Shown piece by piece: positions 10,160 through 18,583 of a stretch of 32,000 nt of DNA (the first letter of the stretch is position 1; every line of letters starts with the position of its first letter). A model generated the notes under the pieces. That model made no database searches. It was not told where the DNA came from and saw only the letters and a list, made by a program, of their open reading frames with translations. This DNA comes from Pyrodictium abyssi. GTDB lineage: Archaea > Thermoproteota > Thermoprotei_A > Sulfolobales > Pyrodictiaceae. Position numbers and translations under genes: made by a program. The stretch covers positions 1,770,001 to 1,802,000 of the forward strand of contig NZ_AP028907.1 in the NCBI RefSeq assembly GCF_036323395.1, in the 5' to 3' direction.

Positions 10160-11644
10160 ATGTTGAGAGGTGCCACAAACGTGGGTGTTATAATATCGAC
10201 ATTGATCCGTAGCTCGTTATATACAATAGCATTAGTTATCAACATAGCAGCTTCCGTAACCATAGTTAGAAAACTAGACATTAGAGACTATGCACTATAT
10301 CAAACTATTATGAAACGCGTTGTATCCTATGGTGCCTTATTACCAGGACTCTACGGGCTTTGGCTATATAGGTACACAGTAAAAGGCGTTAGAGGAGCTG
10401 CTGCAGCAGGCCTTTTGCTTTCAACTGTTGCCGGATTAATCACAGCGATAATTGGTAATATCGTTGCAACTAGCCTAGGTGCTTACCCCCTTACGGCAAT
10501 CCTCGCTGGTTTTGCTGCAAGCCTTGCAGTTGCATGGACTGGTATACGGTGGATTATTGATGCTGTTCAGCCTGTCCGCGTTGCCGTGGCTGTTCTTGTT
10601 CAAAGAATACTTTATAGCATATTAATAGTGGTTCTCATTTACCATATGAGACTTGGTGTTGATGGAGCTTTTGTTGCAATGCTAATCTCCTATCTTAGTG
10701 CAATTATACTTGTACTCTTCTGGCTTCGAAGCCGAGGTATAGTAGAGTGGCCCGGTCTACGTTACGTAGCCAATATACTTACAGAATGGCTGCGTAAAAT
10801 TTATGTAACAGCACTGAGCAGTATTGCCACAATCATACAAGCGCTAGACGTTGCCATAGTATATGCTTTTTCTAATGTTGATGTGGTAGCAGCATTTTTT
10901 GCTATAATGAATATATTTTTGCTAATAACGGAGGCAGCATGGAGTGGTTTTACATACTTACATGGCTTTGTACTCTCCACAAATGACTACGAGTCGGCCA
11001 TTAATGTAATACGTATAACAACTCTATTAGCATCACCATTCGTTATATATATTGCAATATATCCATTACATTTAGTATACTTACTGAATCCTAAATATTC
11101 TTGGGCGTCTATTATAGCTCCAATAACAGCTATTAGTTCGCTAGCGCTTATAGCTAATGGTGGCCTTCAAAATCTCCTTGCAGGCCTCATAAGAGATACA
11201 CGAGGCTCAGAACGGAAACTTGCCCGCCTTTACTCTATAGACGTTTTTGCATCAATGATCTACTTGATATTGCTCACCATAGGACTGTGGCTCTCGGATA
11301 CAAGACAAGCTGATATCATTTCATGGGCCTTAGCATATCTTGGGTATAGTGTAATATTTTTATTCTTTCTCCTAATCTATATGAGGAATTATGTGAAGAA
11401 TAAGTTTCTCTATAGTAGTTTAGTTAGCAGTTTAGTTTGGGGCTTGTTTTTATATCCGGGAATAGCCATTCTAACTGCTTTAATGTTTCCTCCGCTTAAT
11501 GCCCCGTTACCTAGATTCTGGGATACTGTGGAGGCCATAACGCCTTCGATTATAGCTGCTGCTTTGACGTATAGTGGCCTAGTTTTACTTATAGACAAGT
11601 GGGCACGTGAACTCTTTAGAACTGTGCTCAAAAAAGCATTATAA
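10160..11644 (+). CDS. Polytopic membrane protein, Wzx/MOP-type oligosaccharide flippase-like
   Basis: 494 aa, almost entirely hydrophobic helices (at least 10 apparent TM segments), in a glycan-cluster context. Confidence 0.78.
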   Translation: MLRGATNVGVIISTLIRSSLYTIALVINIAASVTIVRKLDIRDYALYQTIMKRVVSYGALLPGLYGLWLYRYTVKGVRGAAAAGLLLSTVAGLITAIIGNIVATSLGAYPLTAILAGFAASLAVAWTGIRWIIDAVQPVRVAVAVLVQRILYSILIVVLIYHMRLGVDGAFVAMLISYLSAIILVLFWLRSRGIVEWPGLRYVANILTEWLRKIYVTALSSIATIIQALDVAIVYAFSNVDVVAAFFAIMNIFLLITEAAWSGFTYLHGFVLSTNDYESAINVIRITTLLASPFVIYIAIYPLHLVYLLNPKYSWASIIAPITAISSLALIANGGLQNLLAGLIRDTRGSERKLARLYSIDVFASMIYLILLTIGLWLSDTRQADIISWALAYLGYSVIFLFFLLIYMRNYVKNKFLYSSLVSSLVWGLFLYPGIAILTALMFPPLNAPLPRFWDTVEAITPSIIAAALTYSGLVLLIDKWARELFRTVLKKAL

Positions 11645-12062
11645 TTAATCTCATCCAATTAAGTTGAGCCACATGTTTAGCAAAAACGTCATTATTTTCA
11701 CAAAATTATAGGGTTACATTTAATACTACCTAACTACTAGCTATAATACGAACCTATATACTCTTTGGATCAACATACGATAAATTGTTTGTAGATAGAT
11801 ATAATGAATTTTGGTGTTACATGGTAAATGATATTACTGTTGTAGGACTGAGATTGATAATTCTGTACAGCAAGCATATAGCGATATGAAATTCAACCTA
11901 TTAATGAATCATCGTATATGTTAGTTTTTAAAGAATATAATACCTATATAGGACAACATTTCACTCATGCAACTATGGAGGCCACCAATCTATAGTAGGG
12001 GCTAAAATCGTGTGCTGGTCTGGAGGCGTTATATCGTAGGAGCTTCTTTGGGTGTGCGGGTT

Positions 12063-13178
12063 ATGGGTTCTGGGAAGGTTGTTGTCCTGGTTACTGGCTC
12101 CGGGTCCTCCGCTACTCCTAGCACCTTGTACTCGCTGCGGCGCAACCCTGAGGGGCGTCGTGTCCGGGTGGTGTGCACGGATATCCGGGACGGGGTTGCT
12201 GCCCGGTTTATGTGCGACGCTTTCTACCGGGTGCCCCGCGCCGGCGACCCCGGCTTCGTCGACGCTGTGCTGGAGATCGCGGGGAGGGAGGGCGTGGCTG
12301 TGGTGCTGCCGCAGGCTCCGGCGGAGCTGCCGGTGCTGGCGGCTGCGCGGGAGAGGCTGAGACGCGAGGGCGTTGCTGTGGCTGTGTCGAGGCCGAAGGC
12401 TGTGGCTACTGCGCTGGACAAGTACCGTATGCTCCGGGCGGCGGAGGGGCTTGGAGTGCCAGTGCCCAGGGTGTTCCTGGTGCACGACTGGGACGGGCTG
12501 GTGGGGGCTGCGGAGGAGCTCGGGTACCCGGATGAGCCCTTCGTTGTGCGTGTGGGTAGTGGGGATGGGATGAGGGGGTTCCGTGTCGTCGTGCCGCCTG
12601 GGCGTGCCCGGGAGTGGTTCCGGGGGGAGAGGCCTGGCGGGGCGCCGTGGACTACTCTCTCCGGGCTCAGGGAGATACTGGGCGGGGGGCGGTTCGAGGA
12701 GCCGGTGATGGTGGCGGAGTACCTGCCTGGCGTGGAGTACACTGTCGACGTGCTGGCGGGGGACGCCGGGAACGGGTACCGGGTGTACGCGGTTGTGCCG
12801 CGGCGCCGCCTCGAGATGCGGATCAGCATGACCTGGGTGGGGGTGGTCGAGGAGAGGAGGGACGTGATGGAGTACAGCGCTAGGCTCGCGGAGGGCCTGG
12901 GGCTCGAGTACGCGTTCGGCTTCCAGTTCCGGCTGGGCCGCGACGGGGTGCCCCGGCTGCTGGAGTGCAACCCCCGGATACAGAGCACGATGATAGCCTC
13001 CACCTTCGCGGGCGCCAACGTGGTCTGGGGCGCGGTGAAGCTCGCCCTAGGCGAGGAGCCCGGCCCCTACAGGGTGAGGTGGGGCACGCTGCTCCTCCGC
13101 TACTGGGGCGCCCTGGGCGTCCACCGGGGCGAGCTGGTAGCCAGCGACTGGGCCCTACACGCCGAGCAGCAGCAGTAG
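12063..13178 (+). CDS. ATP-grasp domain protein (carbamoyl-phosphate-synthase-L / PylC-like ligase)
   Basis: The ORF reaches 13178. The N-terminal pre-ATP-grasp region is VVVLVTGSGS...VVCTDI. The central region (PFVVRVGSGDGMRGFRVV, AEYLPGVEYTVDV) and the end (LLECNPRIQST) match ATP-grasp architecture. ATG at 12063 preferred over the ORF-track start at 12012. Confidence 0.8.
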   Translation: MGSGKVVVLVTGSGSSATPSTLYSLRRNPEGRRVRVVCTDIRDGVAARFMCDAFYRVPRAGDPGFVDAVLEIAGREGVAVVLPQAPAELPVLAAARERLRREGVAVAVSRPKAVATALDKYRMLRAAEGLGVPVPRVFLVHDWDGLVGAAEELGYPDEPFVVRVGSGDGMRGFRVVVPPGRAREWFRGERPGGAPWTTLSGLREILGGGRFEEPVMVAEYLPGVEYTVDVLAGDAGNGYRVYAVVPRRRLEMRISMTWVGVVEERRDVMEYSARLAEGLGLEYAFGFQFRLGRDGVPRLLECNPRIQSTMIASTFAGANVVWGAVKLALGEEPGPYRVRWGTLLLRYWGALGVHRGELVASDWALHAEQQQ

Positions 13179-13603
13179 GGGCCCCCGGGGGCGTGCCCTG
13201 CGTCGTGTACACCGGGTCCTCCTCGAGAGGCCCGGGCCTCGGGGCTGACAGCCCGGTTCCCCCGAGCCCCTGGGTGTAGCGCTGGCCGCCGGGGCGCTGC
13301 GCAGCGGCTGCCCTGGGCCTCTTCGACGTTGTGCTGGAGGCTGCGGGGGTGCCGGCGCTGTGTTGGTGTAGGCTCCTGTTGGGCTGCGGGTGTCCGCAGT
13401 TGTGCTGGGCGGTTACTGGATGCCCTGTTGCGGAGGGCTCGGGGGCCTGCTGCTCAACGGTGTTCCCGGGGGCTGTGCGCAGGTTCATGCCCGGGTACCT
13501 GGTGTATGGGGGTGAGGGCTCTGCATCGTCTCGGTCATGTAGTGTGGCTGTCTTGGTGCTGGACCTGGTCACGGAGCTTGGCAGGAGCTTGCTCCATGTA
13601 CAT

Positions 13604-14056
13604 CTATGTTTTCGCTTGATTAATCCTTGACAGTAGGGCGTTGTAGTCGCTTATATCATGGATGAAGTACGCTTCCACCCCGTATCTTCTTGCATTGCTG
13701 ACCATTACTCTGTCTGCGCTTACTAGTATAGCGGGGATGATGCTGGCAACCGCTATGTAGAACGCGTCTATAGCTCTACAACCCGTCGCCAGAGCGATGT
13801 CCACGAGCAGGTCATACTCTATTTCATCGATGACGATGACCTTGTTCATTATCTCGTCGTATAGCTTTTTGGCTATAGCTCTGGGTTTCCTCCGAGTCAG
13901 CTGCGAGGCAAGCTCTACACCAAACACCAGGGGCTCGATAATGTCGAGGCTATTCTCGTCGATAAGCCTGAATAGGTTGCGCGCCCTATTACTCCGCTCC
14001 TCATCGTATATGAAGAGGCGGTCGATGAAGACCGAGACATCAACCACTATGTTCAT
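13604..14056 (-). CDS. vapC: PIN-domain ribonuclease toxin VapC
   Basis: MNIVVDVSVFIDRL start, conserved E in IIEPLVFGVELA, C-terminal GCRAIDAFYIAVA ... SADR. It is a paralogue of 21778-22245 and noticeably less GC-rich than its flanks. Confidence 0.9.
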   Translation of the reverse strand: MNIVVDVSVFIDRLFIYDEERSNRARNLFRLIDENSLDIIEPLVFGVELASQLTRRKPRAIAKKLYDEIMNKVIVIDEIEYDLLVDIALATGCRAIDAFYIAVASIIPAILVSADRVMVSNARRYGVEAYFIHDISDYNALLSRINQAKT

Positions 14057-14064
14057 AAGCCTTG

Positions 14065-14229
14065 CTACCTCCTCTCTTCGAGGAACTCCTCTAGCACATC
14101 CTCCTCAACCCTCTCAGCGTACTTTTCGAGCACCTCGTCAATACCCTTGGATATGCCGGCCCCTTTGGACCCGAGTAGCTTTCCTACAGCGCCTCTGGGC
14201 ACGCGAAGCCTCACAACACCGCTAGCCAC
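14065..14229 (-). CDS. vapB: Small antitoxin (VapB-like), 54 aa, below the ORF-track cutoff
   Basis: Hand translation from the GTG at 14229 gives VASGVVRLRVPRGAVGKLLGSKGAGISKGIDEVLEKYAERVEEDVLEEFLEERR*. The stop lies 8 nt upstream of the vapC ATG. A degraded copy exists at 21130-21254. Confidence 0.6.
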   Translation of the reverse strand: MASGVVRLRVPRGAVGKLLGSKGAGISKGIDEVLEKYAERVEEDVLEEFLEERR

Positions 14230-15161
14230 GGGCCTCTACCACACGGTACTACTGCCTACTGAGCCTTCTTAACCCCCTCCCCCGGGGGCACCCTGAAGCC
14301 ACATGGCCAGATGACCGGGAGGAGTCGTAGCCCACAGCAGGGGTGGCAACGTTTTAAACCAGTCCCCAAGGACCTGGGGCAGCTAGCCCTATAGCCGTGT
14401 CCCCGTAATGCGGGTACCATGAGGGCGAGCCGCCCAGGATTAGGAGCCTCTGGGCCCGCCTGGCCCCCTGGGTGGCCACCCGGGAGGAGGCTGCCCGCGC
14501 GGGCCCTTCTACACGCCCGTCGAGCCCTACAAGCTCTTTACCCGCGGCCATGCACCCCTCTCTCACGAGGGCGCTCCTGTATGGGTTCTGGCTCTAGGCC
14601 TGGGGTTGCCCGGGAGCTCCTCGATGCTGCCCGGTGGATGCTCGAGTCTGGCCGGGTCGCGGCGGCTGCTGTGCTCGCGGCCGCCGCTCTCCTGGGCGGC
14701 CCGGCTGGCGCCGCTCTGGCCGCTCTCTCCGCCACAGCGCTGCTGGCTGGAGTAGACCTCGCGGTGCGCGGGGCGAGGGTCCACTAGATAGCCGGGGCCG
14801 GCGTCCCCTCTCCTTGTCCTCTCTGGGCTAGCCCGTCTAGCCCCGTGGCCTCCTTGGCGCTGCTGTCCCCGGGCAGCAGTGATGACGGCGGGACAAGGGG
14901 GGTGCCTCAATAGGGCTAGGAGCTGGAGCATTGCAAGGGCGGATATCCTGGCTCAACTAGCTAGGTATAGCCCGCATGTCCTGTAGTGTTTGATTGCCTT
15001 GTCTGGGTTAGGGGGCTTCTAGTGCTGCCTCCCGACGGTGTCCAGGGGAGAGTGTGTTCCAGTGTGCAGTGTATGCCTGGCTCCTAGGGTGCTGCAGGGC
15101 CGGTAGGAGGGGTATATGTGGGGCTCCCAGCTCCAGTGTACCCCTGGGGTGGCTCCGGGGG

Positions 15162-15482
15162 TTGGCTGTTGTGCGCGACAGGCGCACCATCGTGCTCGAC
15201 GAGGACGTGGCGGAGGAGCTGGGGCTAAGGCCCGGCGAGAGGCTAGAGGTGAGGAGAGAGGGGGATGTTATTGTGCTGCTGGAGGAGGGGGACTGGGTTG
15301 AGAAGCTTGTGAGAAGGTTTGAGGAGCGGTACGGGATGCCTACGGAGGAGTTCCTCGAGGCCTGGAGGCGCGGGGAGATACCGGAGCCCGAGGACCCGGA
15401 TCTACTCGCCGACTTTATGGAGTGGGAGGTGCTCGGGGAGCTGCGGCGGAGGAGGGGTGCGTGCCGGGGCTCCCGAGGATAA
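15162..15482 (+). CDS. AbrB/SpoVT-like putative antitoxin with a C-terminal acidic extension
   Basis: RRTIVLDEDVAEELGLRPGERLEVRREGDVIVLLE resembles a swapped-hairpin AbrB domain. It overlaps the downstream DUF6516-like gene by about 20 nt. The start is uncertain (TTG 15162, GTG 15171; the ORF track gives 15054). Confidence 0.55.
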   Translation: MAVVRDRRTIVLDEDVAEELGLRPGERLEVRREGDVIVLLEEGDWVEKLVRRFEERYGMPTEEFLEAWRRGEIPEPEDPDLLADFMEWEVLGELRRRRGACRGSRG

Positions 15483-15823
15483 GGCGCGTCGCCGCGCTCC
15501 TCCGGGGCCGTGGCTATAGTGTTAGCCTCGTGAGAGCTGTGAGCCGGCCCGGCTTCTTCTCGTACCGGCTGAGGGCCCGGCGGAGAGGGGTTCTCATCTA
15601 CGTGAGCGAGGTCTGGCTGCAGGGGAGGCTGGCTAGGTATGCGTACACCCTTGTGGTCGGCGGGAGGGCTGTCCTCCGCTACGACAACGCGCCCCACCAC
15701 CCCGGGCTATCTACGTATCCGCACCACGTGCACCGGGAGGGGAGAGTCGAGCCCCTCGAGAGACCCAGCCTCGAGGGGTTCCTGGAGGAGGCTGAGACGC
15801 TCCTCCGCCGGAGAGGACTCTAG
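15461..15823 (+). CDS. DUF6516 / TumE-like putative toxin
   Basis: The motif LRYDNAPHHPGLSTYPHHVH...PSLEGFLEEAE matches my memory of the DUF6516 (TumE family) signature YDNAPHH..PHHkH. GTG at 15461 preferred over the ORF-track start at 15422. Confidence 0.6.
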   Translation: MPGLPRIRRVAALLRGRGYSVSLVRAVSRPGFFSYRLRARRRGVLIYVSEVWLQGRLARYAYTLVVGGRAVLRYDNAPHHPGLSTYPHHVHREGRVEPLERPSLEGFLEEAETLLRRRGL

Positions 15824-15925
15824 CCCACCGGCGGCAAGCACACCCCGGACCCCGCCTCGTACGGTGTGAGTGTCGGGGTGCATCCCCTCTTAGGTATTCT
15901 AGGGCTCTGGGCCCCGGCATCCCGG

Positions 15926-16118
15926 CTATGTCGAGAGCGCTGACACGTCTAATGCCAGCCTCATGGCCTCATCCCTCCTCGCGGCCGGCCCTTATGGCCT
16001 CGACTATCTCCTCTACGGGTATCCTGCCCAGGATACTCTGGACCCTCGCCCTGGCCTGGGCGTTGTCCTTGGCGCCCCTGGGGCCTGGGGGAGGGGCTAT
16101 ACGCGGCCCTCCCTCCCC
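15926..16118 (-). pseudogene. Remnant of an RHH-VapB / VapC pair
   Basis: The minus strand reads ..RVQSILGRIPVEEIVEAIRAGREEG* (15969 end; no usable start codon upstream). Four nt later comes ATG-MRLALDVSALST* (15964-15926), a PIN-like N-terminus cut off after 12 codons. Confidence 0.35.
16097..16102 (+). promoter_or_regulatory. TATA-box-like element (CTATAC, in the shared TATACGCGGC motif)
   Basis: An AT-rich hexamer in GC-rich DNA, about 40 nt upstream of the GTG at 16140. The same 10-mer occurs upstream of 26114. Confidence 0.3.
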
Positions 16119-16139
16119 CTACTGTAGGGGTGTAGATGA

Positions 16140-16331
16140 GTGTCTAGGGTTGTTGAGGCTGTGTACGAGAAGGATGTGCTGCGGCCTCTAGAGGACCCCG
16201 GCCTAGAGGAGGGTGAGAGGGTTAGGCTGGTTATTGTTAGACGTGACCTCTCCAGGTACCGGGGTGTTCTGGGTAGGGCTAGCTACAGGGAGCTGAAGAG
16301 GCTGGAGGATGAGGCGCAGCTACAGCCTTGA
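16140..16331 (+). CDS. vapB: AF2212-like (DUF104) antitoxin
   Basis: VVEAVYEKDVLRPLEDPGLEEGERVRLVI is the classic DUF104/AF2212 pattern. The stop overlaps the TTG of the downstream PIN gene (TTGA). Confidence 0.8.
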   Translation: MSRVVEAVYEKDVLRPLEDPGLEEGERVRLVIVRRDLSRYRGVLGRASYRELKRLEDEAQLQP

Positions 16332-16786
16332 CTGCTGGCCCGGTCTTTATCGATACTAACGTTTTCTACAATGTGCTGTTTGAGACGGAGTATGCCGAGG
16401 AGTCTCAGCGCCTCCTCGAGACTGTGCCGAGGCCCGTGACGTCCTACACTGTGGTGAACGAGCTCGTACTCGTCGTGGCCAGGAAGGCTGTTGAGAGGGA
16501 GCCCGGCGTTAGAAGCTACTACGGGTTTAGAGAGGTTATAGCGGAGAAGGGCTACGGGCCCGTATAGCGCTACATCGAGGAGGCGCTGGGCCTACTGAGG
16601 GACGCTGGCGTAGAGATAGTAGACGACCACCGCGATGTGAACGGGTGGCTAGAGATAATGAAGGCCTACGGCCTGCTGCCGAACGACGCGCAGATAGCCC
16701 TGACATGCAGACACTACGGGATAGAGACCATAGCTACCTTCGACGAGGACTTCAAGAGGGTCCCATGGCTACAAGTGGTGCCATAG
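16328..16786 (+). pseudogene. vapC: PIN-domain VapC with an in-frame TAG at 16565-16567
   Basis: 16328-16564 encodes the PIN N-half (VFIDTNVFYNVL.., VVNELVLV). After the TAG the same frame continues for 72 codons to 16786 with the PIN C-half (LLPNDAQIALTCRHYGIETIATFDEDF). Confidence 0.75.
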
Positions 16787-17185
16787 AAGGGCCGTGTAGG
16801 CTCTCCAGGCCCACCTAGGAGGGCCAGCGCCTCCCCGGGCAGCACCTGTGCGCTCAGAGCGTGCCCCCGTGGCGGGGTATAGAGCTGACAGTGGTCCTAG
16901 CCCTCCCTTGGCACCACCGCTGTCGTCTCTCCTTGGTGCTCCGCCTCCTTTTCGTGTCGTCATGGGGCTGAGGAGGAGAGTAGGCTGCTGGAGGAGGTTA
17001 GGGGGCTCCGCGGGAAGGTGAACAGGACGCTGCCGGCGGCGCTGCGGCGGTTGGCCCCCGGGGCCTACTCGGTTATTGCTGGGAGGAGGCTGCCCCGCGC
17101 TGGGCGGGGAGGCTAGCGTGGACGTGGCGTGGTAGCCTGCATGGCCTGGTGGGGCCGGGCTGCCGGGGGTTCGGGCGGCCCCGGC

Positions 17186-17647
17186 CTAGCCGGGGGTGCT
17201 AGGGGTAGGCGGTCCCGGGGCCCGGGGCTTGTTCTGGGCGTGTCTCTGGAGGCCTCTTAGCTCGTCTTTGGCGCGGAGGAGGAGGCTCCAGCGGAGCCCT
17301 GGCCGCCGCGTGAAGAGGGGCTGGCCTTTGCTGAGCACTGCTGCGCGGAAGCCCGGTGGGGCGTAGTCGAGTAGCTTTACGTCCACCGGGGCGCCGGCGA
17401 GCTTGGAGAGGAGTAGGCTGAGCGTGTAGGTGTAGTATGGCTCGTCGTGGTAGCTTATCCTGCCTGCCGTGTAGACTGCTACGTCTATGTCCCGGAATAG
17501 CCTGTGGCGCGTGAACCCCCCGTATATTAGTGCTAGGAGTATCTCCCTGTGCCTGCTGAGCTCCGATGCTATCAGCCTGGCGGTCTCTAGCCTGGCTCTA
17601 GGGGGCATACTGCGTGGTAGCGGCTTCTCCTCTAGCAGCCTCTTCAA
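17186..17647 (-). CDS. mntA: Minimal nucleotidyltransferase (MNT) antitoxin
   Basis: LIYGGFTRHRLFRDIDVAVY matches the G[SG]x9-13DxD pol-beta NTase motif. It overlaps the upstream HEPN gene. The start may instead be the ATG at 17608. Confidence 0.85.
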   Translation of the reverse strand: MKRLLEEKPLPRSMPPRARLETARLIASELSRHREILLALIYGGFTRHRLFRDIDVAVYTAGRISYHDEPYYTYTLSLLLSKLAGAPVDVKLLDYAPPGFRAAVLSKGQPLFTRRPGLRWSLLLRAKDELRGLQRHAQNKPRAPGPPTPSTPG

Positions 17648-18095
17648 TGCACTCCTCCAGTCTGTGGAGGAACTCCTCTACGGCTTTTATGCCTCCCCTA
17701 GCTGCCTCGTTGAGGGCCCTCAGGTCGTCTATGAACCAGTAGCGGTGGATTATCGCGTTGCGTAGCGCTGCTAGCCTGGCCATCTCCTCGCCTACACGGG
17801 CGGGTATGACCCCCGCCTCGATGAGCCTCAGGAAGGACTCGCGGTAGGATGAGGGAGGCTGCTCGAACAGCTTCTCTAGAAGCGCTACCGCGGCGTCTAC
17901 AGAGGCCTCGACGAGGAGTATTATGGCGTAGCGGAGCGAGTATCTCAGCGTCTTGTCCCTGGCCACCTCCTCGGCCGGCAGCCCAGCTAGGAACCTTAGC
18001 TGGTCAAGCGCCTCCCGCGCGTCGGCTAGGTAGCGGCGTATCGCCTCCACCTCCTCCGGGGAAAGCCTAGACCCAAGGCTGCCGCACACACCCAT
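17598..18095 (-). CDS. hepT: HEPN-domain (DUF86) toxin
   Basis: LAALRNAIIHRYW matches the Rx4-6H HEPN RNase motif. ATG at 18095 (MGVCGS..). The 5' extension of the ORF-track entry (to 18440) is low-complexity and unlikely to be coding. Confidence 0.85.
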   Translation of the reverse strand: MGVCGSLGSRLSPEEVEAIRRYLADAREALDQLRFLAGLPAEEVARDKTLRYSLRYAIILLVEASVDAAVALLEKLFEQPPSSYRESFLRLIEAGVIPARVGEEMARLAALRNAIIHRYWFIDDLRALNEAARGGIKAVEEFLHRLEECIEEAARGEAATTQYAP

Positions 18096-18292
18096 AGTAC
18101 ACTCCTCCGGCTCCCCGTCGACCGGTGGACACGGGGCTCCATGCCGAGCCTGCCGAGGCCGGTAGCCCCCGCTCACACTACCCCCGGGAGCAGCGCCCCG
18201 AGGGGCGAGACGCATTCCCCTCCATAACGCTGCAGAATGAGACCCGCATATCCTGCTCGCCGACCCCGTGCTGCTAGCCACTCGGGCGTTCC

Positions 18293-18583
18293 GTGCCCCG
18301 ACACCATTATGGGGCTGCGCGCCAGGCCCCGGGAGCTCCGTCGCTGATAAAAGATCTAGCCGAGGAGAGGAAGAAGCTAGAGGATGAAATCGAGAAGCTC
18401 CGGGACGAGAAGAGGCTGGAAGAGAAGGTGAACGCGACACTGGCGGAGCTGGAGGAGCCCAGGGCCCGGCTCGACGGGCTGCGGGGCGCCGTGAACGCCA
18501 CTACTGCGTGCAGTGGGGGCTCCGGGCTGCCTGGCCTCCGTGGCTGTGGCGGCGGGGAGGCTGCCCCGCGCGGGCGGGGCTAG
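18293..18583 (+). CDS. Hypothetical small coiled-coil protein (doubtful)
   Basis: Charged heptad-like stretch KDLAEERKKLEDEIEKLRDEKRLEEKVNATLAELEE. A decayed paralogous copy without a start codon lies at about 16960-17116. No clear promoter or start. Confidence 0.25.
   Translation: MPRHHYGAARQAPGAPSLIKDLAEERKKLEDEIEKLRDEKRLEEKVNATLAELEEPRARLDGLRGAVNATTACSGGSGLPGLRGCGGGEAAPRGRG

Noticed and set aside
12224-13572. Long minus-strand ORFs (12224-13018, 12880-13572) and several plus-strand alternative-frame ORFs over the ATP-grasp gene
   Set aside because: These are typical antisense or alternative-frame open frames in very GC-rich DNA. They are Arg/Pro/Ser/Gly-rich, carry no domains and fully overlap a gene with clear ATP-grasp motifs.
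14581-14787. 68-aa ORF (MGSGSRPGVARELLDAARWMLESGRVAAAAVLAAAALL...) that loosely resembles the first helix of a HEPN domain or a small membrane protein
   Set aside because: It is too short and Ala-rich to distinguish from chance. It has no Rx4-6H motif and no partner gene. I left it unannotated; it may be another gene remnant.
15008-15700. 230-aa minus-strand ORF
   Set aside because: It is antisense to the AbrB-like/DUF6516-like pair and is a Ser/Pro-rich low-complexity translation.
16565-16567. In-frame TAG in vapC as a pyrrolysine codon
   Set aside because: Pyrrolysine use is restricted to a few methanogen and bacterial lineages with pyl genes. Nothing in the window suggests them. A nonsense mutation or a sequencing error is far more likely.
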